Part shown: in pieces, positions 11,201-24,600 of the stretch | Position numbering within the stretch: the first letter of the stretch is position 1 | Layout of the letters: each line of letters starts with the position of its first letter | Source: Eledone cirrhosa | Lineage: Eukaryota | NCBI GenBank assembly: GCA_964016885.1 | Contig: OZ024743.1 | Span: forward strand, 39,990,001-40,054,000 | Direction: 5' to 3' | Length of the DNA stretch: 64,000 nt | Position numbers and translations under genes: made by a program | Notes under the pieces: generated by a model | What the model saw: the letters and a program-made list of their open reading frames with translations, nothing else | Told to the model about the DNA's origin: nothing | The model's database searches: none

Positions 11201-12819
11201 GGACGATGTCACCGTAGTGGTGTCGAACGCCAAACACATCGAGGCGATCGGCACTACACTAAGAGAATACGAAGCGGTGACAGGAGCAATGATCAACCAG
11301 GAAAAGTCAGTGGGCCTGCAGCTCGGCACCTGGAGAGGCAGGTCCATGCCGTCCAACAGCGTCGTCGGACGCTGGACGGACGGACCGGTTAAATTGCTAG
11401 GGGTCTGGTTCGGTCCGGACCTCCAGACGGACAAAAACTGGGACGAGGTGACGAGCAGGGTGGCTTCTCTCACCCAGAAATGGGCCGAGAGGAAGCTGTC
11501 CCTGAAAGGTCGAGCGGAGGTGGCTAATGCGTACATCGCGTCCGTCATCTACTACCGCCTGACCGTCGTACCTTGTCCTAAGCCTCGCCTGACTGCGCTG
11601 GAACGTTTGCTCTTTCGCTTTTTGTGGAAGGGACGCGCTCCGATGGTCAGGCGGTCCATCCGTTGTCAACACCCGCTACGTGGAGGGCTGGGCATGCCGT
11701 GGCTGATGATACGCAGGCACGCGCTCAGGCTACGACATCCCCACCTCTTCCTCGACGGTGATCAGGTGTGGTCACCGTTTGCTAGACACGTATTTCTCCA
11801 GCTCGTTTCCTTGAAGGAGCTGCAGTCCTGGGTCAAGCGAAGACGGAGAGGGAGCGCCTGGAGACTGGAATGTCTTCAGGCGCTCACAGCCCTCGACCAA
11901 TCGGGCAATGTGATCGGTGGAAACTCCACCTTGGCGTTCTATAGAGGATTAGTTGAGGGGAAGAGCGACGACGTACTTGGGGAAACTCTAGGCGTCGACG
12001 AAAATCAACTAGCCAATCTCTTCGGAAGAACTTTCGGGCCAGGGCCTATGGACAACTTCCAGAAATCTCTGGCCTGGCAGTGCTACCGAGGAGCCTTTCC
12101 AGTTCGGGATAAACTCTACAGGCATGGAGGTGCCGTCAGCCGGGCATGTCCAAGTTGCGCACATGGCGACGAAACCGTCCTGCACGCACTCGTCCAGTGT
12201 CCGAAAATTGCTGACTTGTGGGTTTATGTCGAACACCTGCTGTCGCGTTTAGGACGGATCCGGCTATCATCTGAGTCCATCGTGAGGATTGCCCCGCCCT
12301 CCTCCTTTAGCCGGGAACGGCAGGCAGTTTTTATCTGCCTGGTGGCCATGGCGAAAGAGATAGTATGGTGGACACGTTTGAAAGGGCCTGAAGACGAGCA
12401 CTTACCTCTTCGGTGATGCTCTGATTGACTTTTTCAAATTTCATTTGAAAAGGAAAATCAGAGTAGAGAGGGAAGTGCTCTCTTCCCAGCATTTTGTTGA
12501 AAGATGGGTGAAAGAAGCAAGAATGGCTCGAGTGAATGGGCCTATTCTGAGTATATATCTGTAAATTAAAGGTGGAAAACTGGGAGAGGGCACTTGCCTT
12601 GATGGTCAGGGTCATTGTGGCTTTTTACTGGGCTTTCTCCACAAATGTCCCTCCGAAGTCTCCCCCCTATTGCGGAATTTTTCATTGTTATTTTTTGTTA
12701 CACCCTCTGTTTTTTTTTGTTTTTTTACACGCAGAAATGCCCATTTGTACCGTCCTGTATTGTCCTGTACTGTCCTTAATGTCTACTTTATGTAAATCCT
12801 TGTGGTTAATAAAGAAAAC
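8207..12819 (+). mobile_element. L1-clade, Tx1-like non-LTR retrotransposon, near full length, disrupted
   Basis: Flanked by (TTA)n on both sides. A/C-rich 5' region with Pro/Thr-rich ORF1-like frames (8333-9110), ORF2 remnants, and a 3' UTR with AATAAA. Confidence 0.85.
9145..12564 (+). pseudogene. ORF2 (AP endonuclease + RT + C-terminal Zn finger) with stops and frameshifts
   Basis: SINARGL, VYAP, SYLDR, TDH, GPGYWKLN, KSPGLDGLPYELY, NFRPITLL, DQSKAFDRV, RQGCPLS, AYADD, CPSC..DETVLHALVQC. Split across ORFs 9247-9552, 9558-10232 and 10239-12416. Confidence 0.9.
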
Positions 12820-12840
12820 ATTATTATTATTATTATTATT

Positions 12841-15800
12841 TGCATTTATCTTGCTTTATGTTTATACGAGTTATCACCAAGTCAAAACCAGTGACCTCAA
12901 GAGACAACAAGGTCCGCCATGTTCAAGAAAGAACATACATGTTCACACATGCATCCTTAGTGTTTAGACTTGTGATGTACTTATATTGACAGGATCTTCC
13001 TTAGTATATGGGCAGTTCCCATTAGTACTATCTTTTGTATTTCTCCTATACGCGGGTTTCCTGGGATTTGCGATAAGTAGTCGTTAGACCCCTTAGGTAT
13101 CATTCCCAGAGTGCCTACAACCACTGGTATTGTTTTAGTTCTCAATTTCCACATTTTTCCAATTTCTATCTCCAGGTCCTTATACTTGCTCAATTTTTCA
13201 AATGTTTTTATAGATACATTCTTGTCTATTGGAACAGACATATCAATTAGCAGGCATAACCTCCTTTGAAAGTCCTGCAATATTATATCAGGTCTATTTG
13301 CATCTATTTTTCGGTCTGTTTGGATGCTAAAGTTCCACAAGATTGAGATGTGATCTTTTTCAAGTATGGGAGGTGGTTGATGCTCCCACCAATTCTTTTG
13401 ATGGGGCAGGTCAAAATGCTTACACATTATCCAATGTATGTATTGTGCAGCTCTGCCATGCCTGTTTAGGTATTCGGTTGGAGCTATAGGACTGCACATT
13501 GAAATTATATGGTCAATGGTCTCTGGTTGTTTTTTGCATACACGGCATAATCGGCTGCATCCATTTTTTATTATGTTGGCTTGGTAATTTTTTGTTGGCA
13601 GACACTGATCTTGTGCGGATATAATCAGTCCTTCAGTCTCCGATTTCAGTCCAGAGGATGCCAACCACTGATGGATTAAAGTTTTGTCAACATCAGGATT
13701 GTTAGCTCGCTCTGGGTATTTTCCATACAGAGGCTTTTCTTGCCATTTCTTAGCCAGTTTCTGTAGCAGTTCTTTCTTTGCAGTTACTTTTACCTGCTTT
13801 GCTTTTTCTGTGTTTTCCATTTCAGCAGTAAATGGGACTTCTGAAATTTGTAGTCCATTACTGTATCTTTGTGCATCTTTTGTAATGGAATATGATCTTT
13901 TGGTGCTTTCGTGTTTCAAAACGAGTTTGATCATCCAATCATGTGATTCCCTTAGATATGTGGATAATCCAATTGTTGCAGTTTTCAACGCAATGTCTAA
14001 CTGGATTAACCCACGTCCTCCTTCTTTCCTAGGGAGATATATTCTATCTATGTCTGCCTTAGGGTGATGCATTCTGTGCATGGTTAAGAATTTTCGGATT
14101 TTTGTATCGAGCCTACGGATCTCTGTGCTTGACCAGTTGATGACATTGTAACTGTAGGTTACTACTGGTATGGCAAGCGTGTTTATGGTATCGATCCTAT
14201 TCCTTGCATTCAATTCCGTTCTTAAGATTGCTCTGACTCTGCGGTAACATTCCTTCCTTATCCTTTCCCTCATTGTCGAGTGCTTGATTCCGTCTCCTTC
14301 ACAAACACCTAGATATTTGTAAGTTTTTTCTTGATCAAGCTCTCTTATCACGTTCCCCCGATCAAGATTAATGTCTGAACTATTCAGCAGCTTTCCTCTG
14401 GTGAACGTTGCTTTGGCGCATTTATCGAGTCCAAACTCCATTTTAATGTCATCACTGAACTGCTTCACAGTGGATAATAGCCCTTGCAATTGTTCATCAT
14501 TTTTTGCAAATAGTTTCAGGTCATCCATGTAGAACAGGTGATTAATGGTTTTGTCATAGACTCTATATCCATGTTTTGTTTCATTGAGCATTTTACTTAA
14601 TGGTATAAATGCGATGCAGAATAAAAGCGGTGATAAAGAGTCACCCTGAAAAATTCCACAATTAATGTTAACTTCTCCAGCTTCCAGTGATTTTGTTTCA
14701 CTATTCAAATGGAGTGTCGTTCTCCATGTCCTCATACTGAATGACAAAAACCTCCTGACAACGGGGGATATTTTGAAAATCGCTAAACATTTTTCAATCC
14801 AACTGTGTGGCAAACTATCGAATGCTTTTTTATAATCTATCCAAGCAATCTATCCCACATATCTAAGGGAATCACATGATTGGATGATCAAACTCGTTTT
14901 GAAACACGAAAGCACCAAAAGATCATATTCCAATTATAATCTATTATGACAATCTTCCAGTATCATTTTGTTAACCAGAAGCTGATCCTTACAGCCATAT
15001 AAGCCTCGTTTACACCCTTTCTGCTCAATGGGAAATAGGTCATTTGTTATCAGGTGGTCATATGTGTATTCAGTTAGGACTGATGTTAACATTTTATACA
15101 TTGTGGTCAAGCAGGTTATCGGTCTGTAGTTTTTGGGATTGTTTGTCTCATCATTCTTCGGTAGCAGGAATGTAATGCCGTTAACTAGCCATGATGGTAT
15201 CTTTTCTGGCTCCTTAACTATTTCATTGTAAAGTTGGTCTAACAGCTCATGAGACTCTGTGAAGGCATTTATCCAAAAGTTTTGTATTTTGTCTTTTCCT
15301 GGGGATTTCCATTTGCTGGTTTTTCTTAGAGCCAAGCGCAACTGTTCAACTGTTATATTTTCCCATGTTTGTTCCTCAAGGTGAGCTGTTTCTTTCATTT
15401 GTCTGTCTATCCATGGGGCATGTATGTTATGAACTTTTTCTTCGGCCCATATCTTTTCCCAGAATTCTTGCACTTCCTCCTTGGGTGGTATTGATATAGC
15501 AGTTATTGTTGACTTACCAATTTTTCTGTAGAAGTTTCTTTGGTTGTTTTTGAACATATTATTGTCCTTATAGAATTCAGATCGTTTTTCAAAGCGCCTT
15601 ATACGAGCAGCTTTGGGCGACACTTTTTGCTTGATTGTTTCTATCAGCATGTCTATGTCACATGTTGATCTTATACTGTACTTTGTTTTCAATTTTCTAA
15701 GTTTAGTTTGTTTAACATGTTCACCTACTTTATAGTTTGTTAAAATTTCTATGTCAGATCGGAGAAGGTTTATTTGGCGATTGATGTTATCTTGCCAAGT

Positions 15801-17005
15801 AGATTTCTTGTGGGAATTCCTTTGTTTTTTCATCTTCACTCCACATAAGTGAGTGGTGACTTTAGCCGATGCATAATAGAGATGATTTAAGTCAGTAATG
15901 TTTAGTTTGTTTGTGATGATAATGTTTTTGAGAATTATGTTAATCTTGTGTATTATCTTTTGGTTCTGTTTGGAGTTCTGGATCTTAGGGAGGGTGTCTC
16001 GTTGCCCCATGTCAGATTCTTTCATTTTCATCCATTCGATCATAATTTCATCCTTCAAGTTGGCTAGTTCATTCTCATTCATTTCTTTATCATTTACGAT
16101 CTCATTATTTTCATTTGGAGTTTCAACCTGCGCATGCACTCCCTCCACTTTTTCGCTCCTTTCTTTAATTTGTTCTGTTGCCAGTGATTCCGCCCCAACC
16201 CTGGGATTCGAAGTGTTACAGTTTACCTCGTTTTCACTGACACATGCTTCATTTTCCCTTCGCTGACTTTGTGCTACTAGCTTGATCTGATCAATTTCTA
16301 CATCAGTTAGTAACTTTTTTCTTACAATATTTCTTCGTATATTGGCTAGTTTGTTACTGTCAATATAGCCTCTGTTTTCGGGATGTTTCTTTTTCCAGTT
16401 GATATATGTTTGTTCTGTATTCGATGTATTTGATGGGTAGTACAGGGCAGTGTAGAAAGCCTCAAGGACTTCTTTATTATCTTCCATTGACCATTTTTCT
16501 CTCTTTTTCTTTGGATTTCTTGGTGGTGAGCATGGAGGGCCAACAGTAGGAGTATTCCGGTTATGGGAGGTCTCCAGCTCCGAAGTGATGGGAAGGTTTG
16601 AACCATTAGCTGATTTTTCGACCCCAGTCTGGTTCCTCTCTGAGGGACGCGGCCCCTTTTTACCCGGGTGACGGCCGATCCGGTATGAGATTTTATCATT
16701 ATACATTTACTTTATTTTGTCGCGTTTTATCCTTATCCGCCAAGGGGTAATCATTTCGTGTTACCACTTCTAGAACGAGTGTCAACCAAGACTAGAGGGG
16801 TCGTTCTCCCCTAGAGACATGGCTATACCTCGCCGGCCGCCATCCCGGTATTTCTTGGTCACGGGGTTTTCTTTTAGTTGTTTTTTTTTAAATTGTTATT
16901 ATCATGAGTGGTTCCTTAATGTGAGCATTGCGTGGCTTAAGAATGAAATTATTAACAATTGTCTCCACTCCAGGCATAAGGCCAGCGATCACCCAGTGCA
17001 TTACA

Positions 17006-17007
<2 letters not shown>
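12841..17007 (-). mobile_element. R4/Dong-clade family A copy 2, ORF broken by an internal inverted insertion
   Basis: Near-identical reverse complement of 3818-7907, with (TTA)n on both sides. Confidence 0.92.
12981..16706 (-). pseudogene. Family A RT-RLE ORF split in two (14934-16706 and 12981-14813)
   Basis: Both halves align to the 1216-aa protein. The break coincides with an 89-bp insertion at 14851-14939. Confidence 0.9.
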
Positions 17008-17065
<58 letters not shown>

Positions 17066-17074
17066 GTTGTTATT

Positions 17075-20000
17075 CCTTGAATCTCAGTCATTGATGTTGG
17101 TTAACTGGAAAGTCCGTTGGAATGAATATCAAGCCACTACCTGCAGCCTCAGATATTCAGGACGTATCGGAGGGTTCTTGCTGTTCCAAGCAAGCATGCC
17201 TTTTGAAGCGTTCCAAAAAGCGTGAAGGGGCCGATTTTCTTTAACCATCCCTGGAAACTTTTGGAGATAGTCCCCAGTGCGCCTATGACAATCGGGATCA
17301 CTTTGACTTCATGGCAGTTCAAAATCCTTTTCACCTCCCAATTTAGGTCCTGGTATCGGTTAATTTTCTCCCTCTCCTTCTCTTGCACTCTCGTGTCGAA
17401 AGGGCAGGCCACATCCACAATCAGACACGATCTTTTTTCTTTGTCCACAACCACCAGGTCAGGTCTATTGTGTTCCAGTGTTTGTCCGTCTGTATCATAA
17501 AATCCCACAGCACCTTCACCTTATTGGTCTCCGTCACCGCCTCTGGCCTATGCTCATACCATTTCTCAGAATGTGGTAAATTGTTTACTCTGCACAGGTG
17601 CCAGTGGATCACCCTGCCCATCACATCGTGTCTCCAGCTTTTATAGTGGGTCGAGCCACAGTCTCCTCTCTCTCTCCACAGATCCTGCATAGTGGGCTAG
17701 CCTCCTCCTTGTAAATATGGTGCTTCAACCACTTCGTTTTGAGGGCCTGCTCCTGCGCAGCCATTAGCATTCCTTCTGTAGCCTTTTGAGGTCTCCTCTT
17801 CTCAACCAGTTCCATGTCTGTGGATCTCTAAATTCAGTTTTCTCAAAGAAGGTACTATGAAGGGATTTTCCCTTAAGGCTGCTCTTCCTCCTTGATGTTA
17901 TTTCCTCCTTGGACATCCCCTGGCCTACTGTCCCCTCCTTCAGTACAGTTCTGAGCATTGGCTCCTTACTATAGGTCACGTATTTGAATAGGTTGTTTTT
18001 CTCCATCTGAACACAGTCCTCTATGCTGATAAGACCTCTTCCACCCTCAGATCTCCTTAGGTAGAGTCTATCGACATCACTCCTCTTGTGGAACATGTTG
18101 TAGATAGTCAATAGCTTCCTAGTCTTCCTATCCATTTCTTTTTGTTCAGCAACATTCCATCTCAGAATTCCCGCACTGTATCTAATAATAGACACAGCTC
18201 GGGAATTTACTGCGCTTATGGCATTTCTGCTGTTCAGATGTGACTTCAATACGCTCCTTACTCTCCGAATGTATTCAGTTCTTAACAATTCCTTCATTTT
18301 GTTGTTCTTTATGCCATCAGCCTCCAGAACGCCCAAATACTTGTATCCTTCCTCAGAGTCAATTTCCTTTATCATCTCACCTGTTGTTATCTGGATCCCG
18401 TTACTTCTGATCAACCTACCTCTCCTCATCACAATGACTCCACATTTACTAATACCAAACTGCATACATATATCACTGCTGAAAATACGGACAGTGTCAA
18501 CAAGCACATCCAACTCCTTCTCACTTTTCCCGAAGAGCTTAAGATCGTCCATGAAGAGCAGGTGATTGATGGTAAGCTCTCCCTTTCCCAAATTGTATCC
18601 TGCTCTCACTTTACGCAGCATAATGGTCAAGGGCATCAGGGCAAGGACAAACAACAGAGGGGACAGGCTATCTCCCTGGAAGATACCTCTCTTGATCTTC
18701 ACGCTTCCCAAGGATACTCCAGTTGATGTCAACTCTGTCTCCCAGGACCCCATACTCCTGCCCAGCAACTGTCTGATGTTATCTGCCACCCTGAAGATCT
18801 CCAGGCTTTTGGTGATCCAAGAATGAGGCACCATATCAAATGCCTTTCTGTAGTCTATCCATCCCATGGCAAGATCAGTGTGTCTCCTCCTGCAATTCCC
18901 CATTACCATCTTATCAATAAGTAACTGGTCCTTTGTACCACGTGACTTCTTTCTGCATCCTTTCTGTTCGTCCGGCAACAAGTTGTTTCTGTGGAGGTGA
19001 TGGTAGATTTCCTCAGACACAATGCTCGTCAACAGTTTCCACATTACGGACAGACATGTGATAGGTCTATAGTTGGTAACATCATTACCCTTGATTCGGT
19101 CTTTCATTGTCAGAACTGTGGTACCTTTTGTCAACCACTCTGGCACCTCACCCGACACCAAGCAGTCATTGAACATGGCCGTCAGCTTCGGGTGGAGGGA
19201 TGTTAAATTGTTAATCCAATACCCCTGCACACCATCTGGGCCTGGTGATTTCCAGTTGGTTAGATTTTTGGCCTGCCCCTTAAGTGTTTCAACTGTGATA
19301 CTCAAATCAGTTTGTTGGTGGGGCCTGCTCACCGATCTCGCTCTGTACTGTCTCAATCCACCCTGCCTGGACATTATGTCTAACATCCTGCTCCCATATT
19401 CCTCTCCAGAATGTTTTAGTTTGCTCCGCCCCAGGGATCAAGTCGTTGCCTCTTTCTTGCCCCTCAAGCTGTCCAAACAGCATCTTCTGGTTGCTGTCGA
19501 ACATGCGGTTCTGTTTGTACTGACTGACTCTGTTCTCGTATCGCCTGATTTTTGCACTCTTTGCTACAATGCGTTGCTTCAGTTCCTCTATGATAATATT
19601 TAGCTATTTCCTCCTAGTTTTGTACTTTATTTCCAGTCTATTTTTAGTGCCTATGTTTTTTAGTGTCCCATTCAGTAGTGACTCAAGCTTTCCTATGTCA
19701 TTTCTCATTTCCCCGATTTGACCACTCAGTCGTTTCTTCCACCACGGCTCTGCTCTTTCTTGTCTGTTGTTTCCTCTCGCTTTTATACCAAGTAGTTTCC
19801 TCACCGTATTTGCTGTTGCTTTGAGGATATTGTTGCACTGGTGAAGGCTCCTCGCCTCAAGGTATGGGATGACTTTGTTTACCTTAGCTGTTGTTTCTTT
19901 TAACTTTTTCCTGTCTACAAATCTTAGGTTCATATGTCTCCCACTATCATTGTTCAATTCATCTACCACTAAATTTAGGATGTCAACCGAATCTTGTCCT

Positions 20001-21504
20001 AGCCCGTCAGCATTCATCTCCTCAGTGGCCGTATCTCTGTTCCAGGTATTATTTATCTCAGTATTCAGATCATTGTCTGCTTCGTGTGGTTCCTCCGTTC
20101 TCAGGACCTCTTCACCTTCATTTCCCACTGGCTCGCTTGTCTTGCATATTACACCCGCCATCTCCAAGCCATTCTCTCTGCTCAGTTCCTCCAGTTCCAG
20201 CTCGCTTATCCACCCATTAGTTCTTATTACCCGAGCCTGCCCGGCCAATTTTTGTTCATCTAATTTAAATAGACCAATCTCGTTCCAGATGTTATGCATC
20301 CGTCTCCTGTAGCCCCTCTCCTTGGCGTTACTTTTCAGGTAACATTGCATAACAGTTCTATTCAATTCTTTAGTCCAGTTGGTTCTGGCCCCTTTCCTTC
20401 TTCTTCTTCCTCCAACATCAGCAGTATTTGGTTGACAGTCAGGTTCCTGCTGCTGAGCCAGGGGGCACCTGTTGGGTGAGAGTCTGTCACATGACGTTCT
20501 AGTCTCCATTTCACCGTTATTCGAACTGTTTATGTTCGATATTTAAACACTCTTATCGAGGATTGGCGAATGTATGGTTACATAGCCATCTGTGGATTCG
20601 CCGTTCCACTTGGCCCTTGTGTGGCATTATCACCACGCTGTATACGAACACACATAAACAAACAAACACACAGGCAGAAAGGGCCCCAAAAATGAATAAG
20701 AATAAGTTTCATTGTAATGTAGTGTTCGAATGTCTGACTTAGTTTTTGTTTTTTTAGTTTTAGTTTTTCCTCCCTCTTCTCTGTCCGTCCGCCTGCTTCT
20801 CTCTTCATTCTTATTTTCTTTACATTTTTTTTCTTTTTTTTTTTTTTTTTCTGTTTGTTTTTCTCGTTTTTTGCTGTTGTTGCTATGCTGCTTTGGTTTT
20901 GTTGTTTGTTTTTTCTTTTTTTCTTTTGAGTCTATCTATATATTTTGATGCCTTCCTCTTTTTTAGTAGTAGGAATTCTATAATGTGGTGGCAGCAGCCA
21001 GCAGGGAGTTGTGGGTGACTGGCGGCGGTAGCGATACTGAGACAGTGGTGGTGGTGATGTCGATACCGAGGCAGCGGTGGTGTTGATGTGATCGTATTAC
21101 TGTAGTGATGGTGTTGTAGCGGTGGTAGCAGTGAAGGAGTGAAGGAGTGGTGGCGGCGGTGATGGGATAGTGGTGGTAATGATGGCAGTAGTGAACGGTG
21201 GTGGTGAAATTGCCGTTATCTGGCTGTTGTGTTTAGTGTACACAGGTGATGAGGTGGGTGGTGTATCTAGTTTCTGGTGTTGGTGAGTTTGGCTGTTCTA
21301 TATAGTGTAGACAGAGGAGAGGAGGGGGGGGGGGTTCTTCTTCCATTTATAGCCATTTTCTTTTTTGGATATACAGTGTACAATACAAAGTTGAATATTT
21401 GAATATTTGAGCCTTATAACAATATATTTTGGGTCCGAATTTTTTGGGGCTCAAGCCGGGTGCTTTACGTAGCATTTGTACTAAGAGTTGTTATTTCACA
21501 AATG
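17075..21504 (-). mobile_element. R4/Dong-clade family B copy 1, disrupted, slightly 5'-truncated
   Basis: Homologous to 21535-26394 and flanked by (TTA)n. Lacks the first ~70 bp and the leader duplication of copies 2 and 3. Confidence 0.9.
17149..20509 (-). pseudogene. Family B RT-RLE ORF with frameshifts and a deletion in the CCHC region
   Basis: Fragments 19604-20509, 17764-19386, 17621-17815 and 17149-17508 match the 1130-aa protein. Confidence 0.9.
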
Positions 21505-21535
<31 letters not shown>

Positions 21536-21608
21536 CTTGAATCTCAGTCATTAATGTTAGTTAACTGGAAAGTCCGTTGGAATGAATATCAAGCCACTAC
21601 CTGCAGCC

Positions 21609-24600
21609 TCAGATATTCAGGACGTATCGGAGGGTTCTTGCTGTTCCCAGCAAGCATGCCTTTTGAAGCGTTCCAAAAAGCGTGAAGGGGCCGATTTTCT
21701 TTAACCATCCCTGGAAACTTTTGGAGATAGTCCTCAGTGCGCCTATGACAATCGGGATCACTTTGACTTCATGGCAGTTCCAAATCCTTTTTACCTCCCA
21801 CTTTAAGTCCTGGTATCGGTAAATTTTCTCCCTCTCCTTCTCTTGCACTCTCGTGTCGAATGGGCAGGCCACATCCACAATCAGACTCGATCTTTTTTCT
21901 TTGTCCACAACCACCAGGTCAGGTCTATTGTGTTCCAGTTTCTTGTCCGTCTGTATCCTAAAATCCCACAGCACCTTCACATGATCGTTCTCCCTCACCG
22001 CCTCTGGCTTATGCTCATACCGTTTCTCAGAATGTGGTAAATTGTTTGCTTTGCACAGGTGCCAGTGGATCACCCTGCCCATCACATCATGTCTCCAGCC
22101 CTTATAGTGGGTCTGGGCTAGGCGTTTACACTCGGATACAATGTGAGCCACAGTCTCCTCTTTCTCTCCACAGATCCTGCACAGTGGGCTAGCCTCCTCC
22201 TTGTAGATATGGTGCTTCAACCACTTCGTTTTGAGGGCCTGCTCCTGCGCAGCCATTAACATTCCTTCTGTAGCCTTTTTTAGGTCTCCTCTTCTCAACC
22301 AGTTCCATGTCTGTGGATCTCTAAATTCAGTTTTCTCAAAGAAGGTACTATGAAGGGATTTTCCCTTAAGGCTGCTCTTCCTCCTTGATGTTATTTCCTC
22401 CTTGGACATCCCCTGGCCTATTGTCCCCTCCTTCAGTACAGTTCTGAGCATTGGCTCCTTACTATCAGTCACGTATTTGTGTAGGTTGTTTTTCTCCATC
22501 TGAACACAGTCCTCTATGCTGATAAGACCTCTTCCACCCTCAGATCTCCTTAGGTAGAGTCTATCGACATCACTCCTCTTGTGGAACATATTGTAGATAG
22601 TCAATAGCTTCCTAGTCTTCCTATCCATTTCTTTTTGTTCAGCAACATTCCATCTCAGAATTCCCGCACTGTACCTAATAATAGACACAGCTCGGGAATT
22701 TACTGCGCTTATGGCATTTCTGCTGTTCAGATGTGACTTCAATACGCTCCTTACTCTCCGAATGTATTCAATTCTTAACAATTCCTTCATTTTTTTGTTC
22801 TTTATGCCATCAGCCTCCAGAACGCCCAAATAATTGTATCCTTCCTCAGAGTCAATTTCCTTTATCATCTCACCTGTTGGTATCTGGATTCCGTTACTTC
22901 TGCTCAACCTACCCCTCCTCATCACAATGACTCCACACTTGCTAATACCAAACTGCATACATATATCACTGCTGAAAATACAGAGAGTGTCAACAAGCAC
23001 ATCCAACTCCTTCTCACTCTTCCCGAAGAGCTTAAGATCGTCCATGAAGATGAGGTGATTGATGGAAAGCTCTCCCCTTCCCAACGTGTATCCTGCTCTC
23101 ACTTTTCGCAGCATAATGGTCAAGGGCATCGGGGCAAGGACAAACAACAGAGGGGACAGGCTATCTCCCTGGAAGATACCTCTCTTGATCTTCACGCTTC
23201 CCAAGGATACTCCAGTTGATGTCAACTCTGTCTCCCAGGACCCCATACTCCTGCCCAGCAACTGTCTGATGTTATCTGCCACCCTGAAGATCTCCAGGCT
23301 TTTGGTGATCCAGGAATGAGGCACCATGTCAAATGCCTTTCTGTAGTCTATCCATCCCATGGCAAGATCAGTGTGTCTCCTCCTGCAATTCCCCATTACC
23401 ATCTTATCAATAAGCAACTGGTCCTTTGTACCACGTGACTTCTTTCGGCATCCTTTCTGTTCGTCCGGCAACAAGTTGTTTGTGTGGAGGTGATGGTAGA
23501 TTTCCTCAGACACAATGCTCGTCAACAGTTTCCACATTACGGGCAGACATGTGATAGGTCTATAGTTGGTAACATCATTACCCTTGATTCGGTCTTTCAT
23601 TATCAGAACTGTGGTACCTTTTTTCAACCACTCTGGCACCTCACCCGACACCAAGCAGTCATTGAACATGGCCGTCAGCTTCGGGTGGAGGGATGTTAAA
23701 TGTTTAATCCAATACCCCTGCACACCATCTGGGCCTGGTGATTTCCAGTTGGTTAGTTTTTTGGCTTGCCCCTTAAGAGTTTCAACTGTGATACTCAAAT
23801 CAGTCTGTTGCTGTGCCTGCTCACCGATCTCCCTCTGTACTGTCTCAATCCACCCTGCCTGGGCATTGTGTCTAACATCCTGCTCCCATATTCCTCTCCA
23901 GAATGTTTTAGCTTGTTCCGCCCCAGGGATCAAGTCGTTGCCTCTTTCTTTCCCCTCAAGCTGTCCAAACAGCATCTTCTGGTTGTTGTCGAACATGCGG
24001 TTCTGTTTATACTGACTGACTCTGTTCTCGTATCGCCTGATTTTGGCACTCTTTGCTACAATGCGTTGCTTCAATTCCTCTATGATAATATTTAGCTTTT
24101 TACTCCTAGTTTTGTATTTTATTTCCAGTCTATTTTTAGTGCCTATGTTTTTTAGTGTCCCATTCAGTAGTGACTCAAGCTTTCCTATGTCATTTCTCAT
24201 TTCCCCGATTTGCCCACTCAGTCGCTTCTTCCACCACGGCTCTGCTCTTTCTTGTCTGTTGTTTCCTCTCGCTTTTATACCAAGTAGTTTCCTCACCGTA
24301 TTTGCTGTTGCTTTGAGGATATTGTTGCACTGGTGAAGACTCCTCGCCTCAAGGTATGGGATGACTTTGTTTACCTTAGCTGTTGTTTCTTTTAACTTTT
24401 TCCTGTCTACAAATCTTAGGTTCATAGGTCTCCCACTATCATTGTTCAACTCATCTACCACTAAATTTAGGATGTCAACCGAATCTTGTCCTAGCCCGTC
24501 AGCATTCATCTCCTCAGTGGCCGTTTCTCTGTTCCAGGTATTATTTATCTCAGTATTCAGATCATTGTCTGCTTCGGGTGGTTTCTCCGTTCTCAGGACC

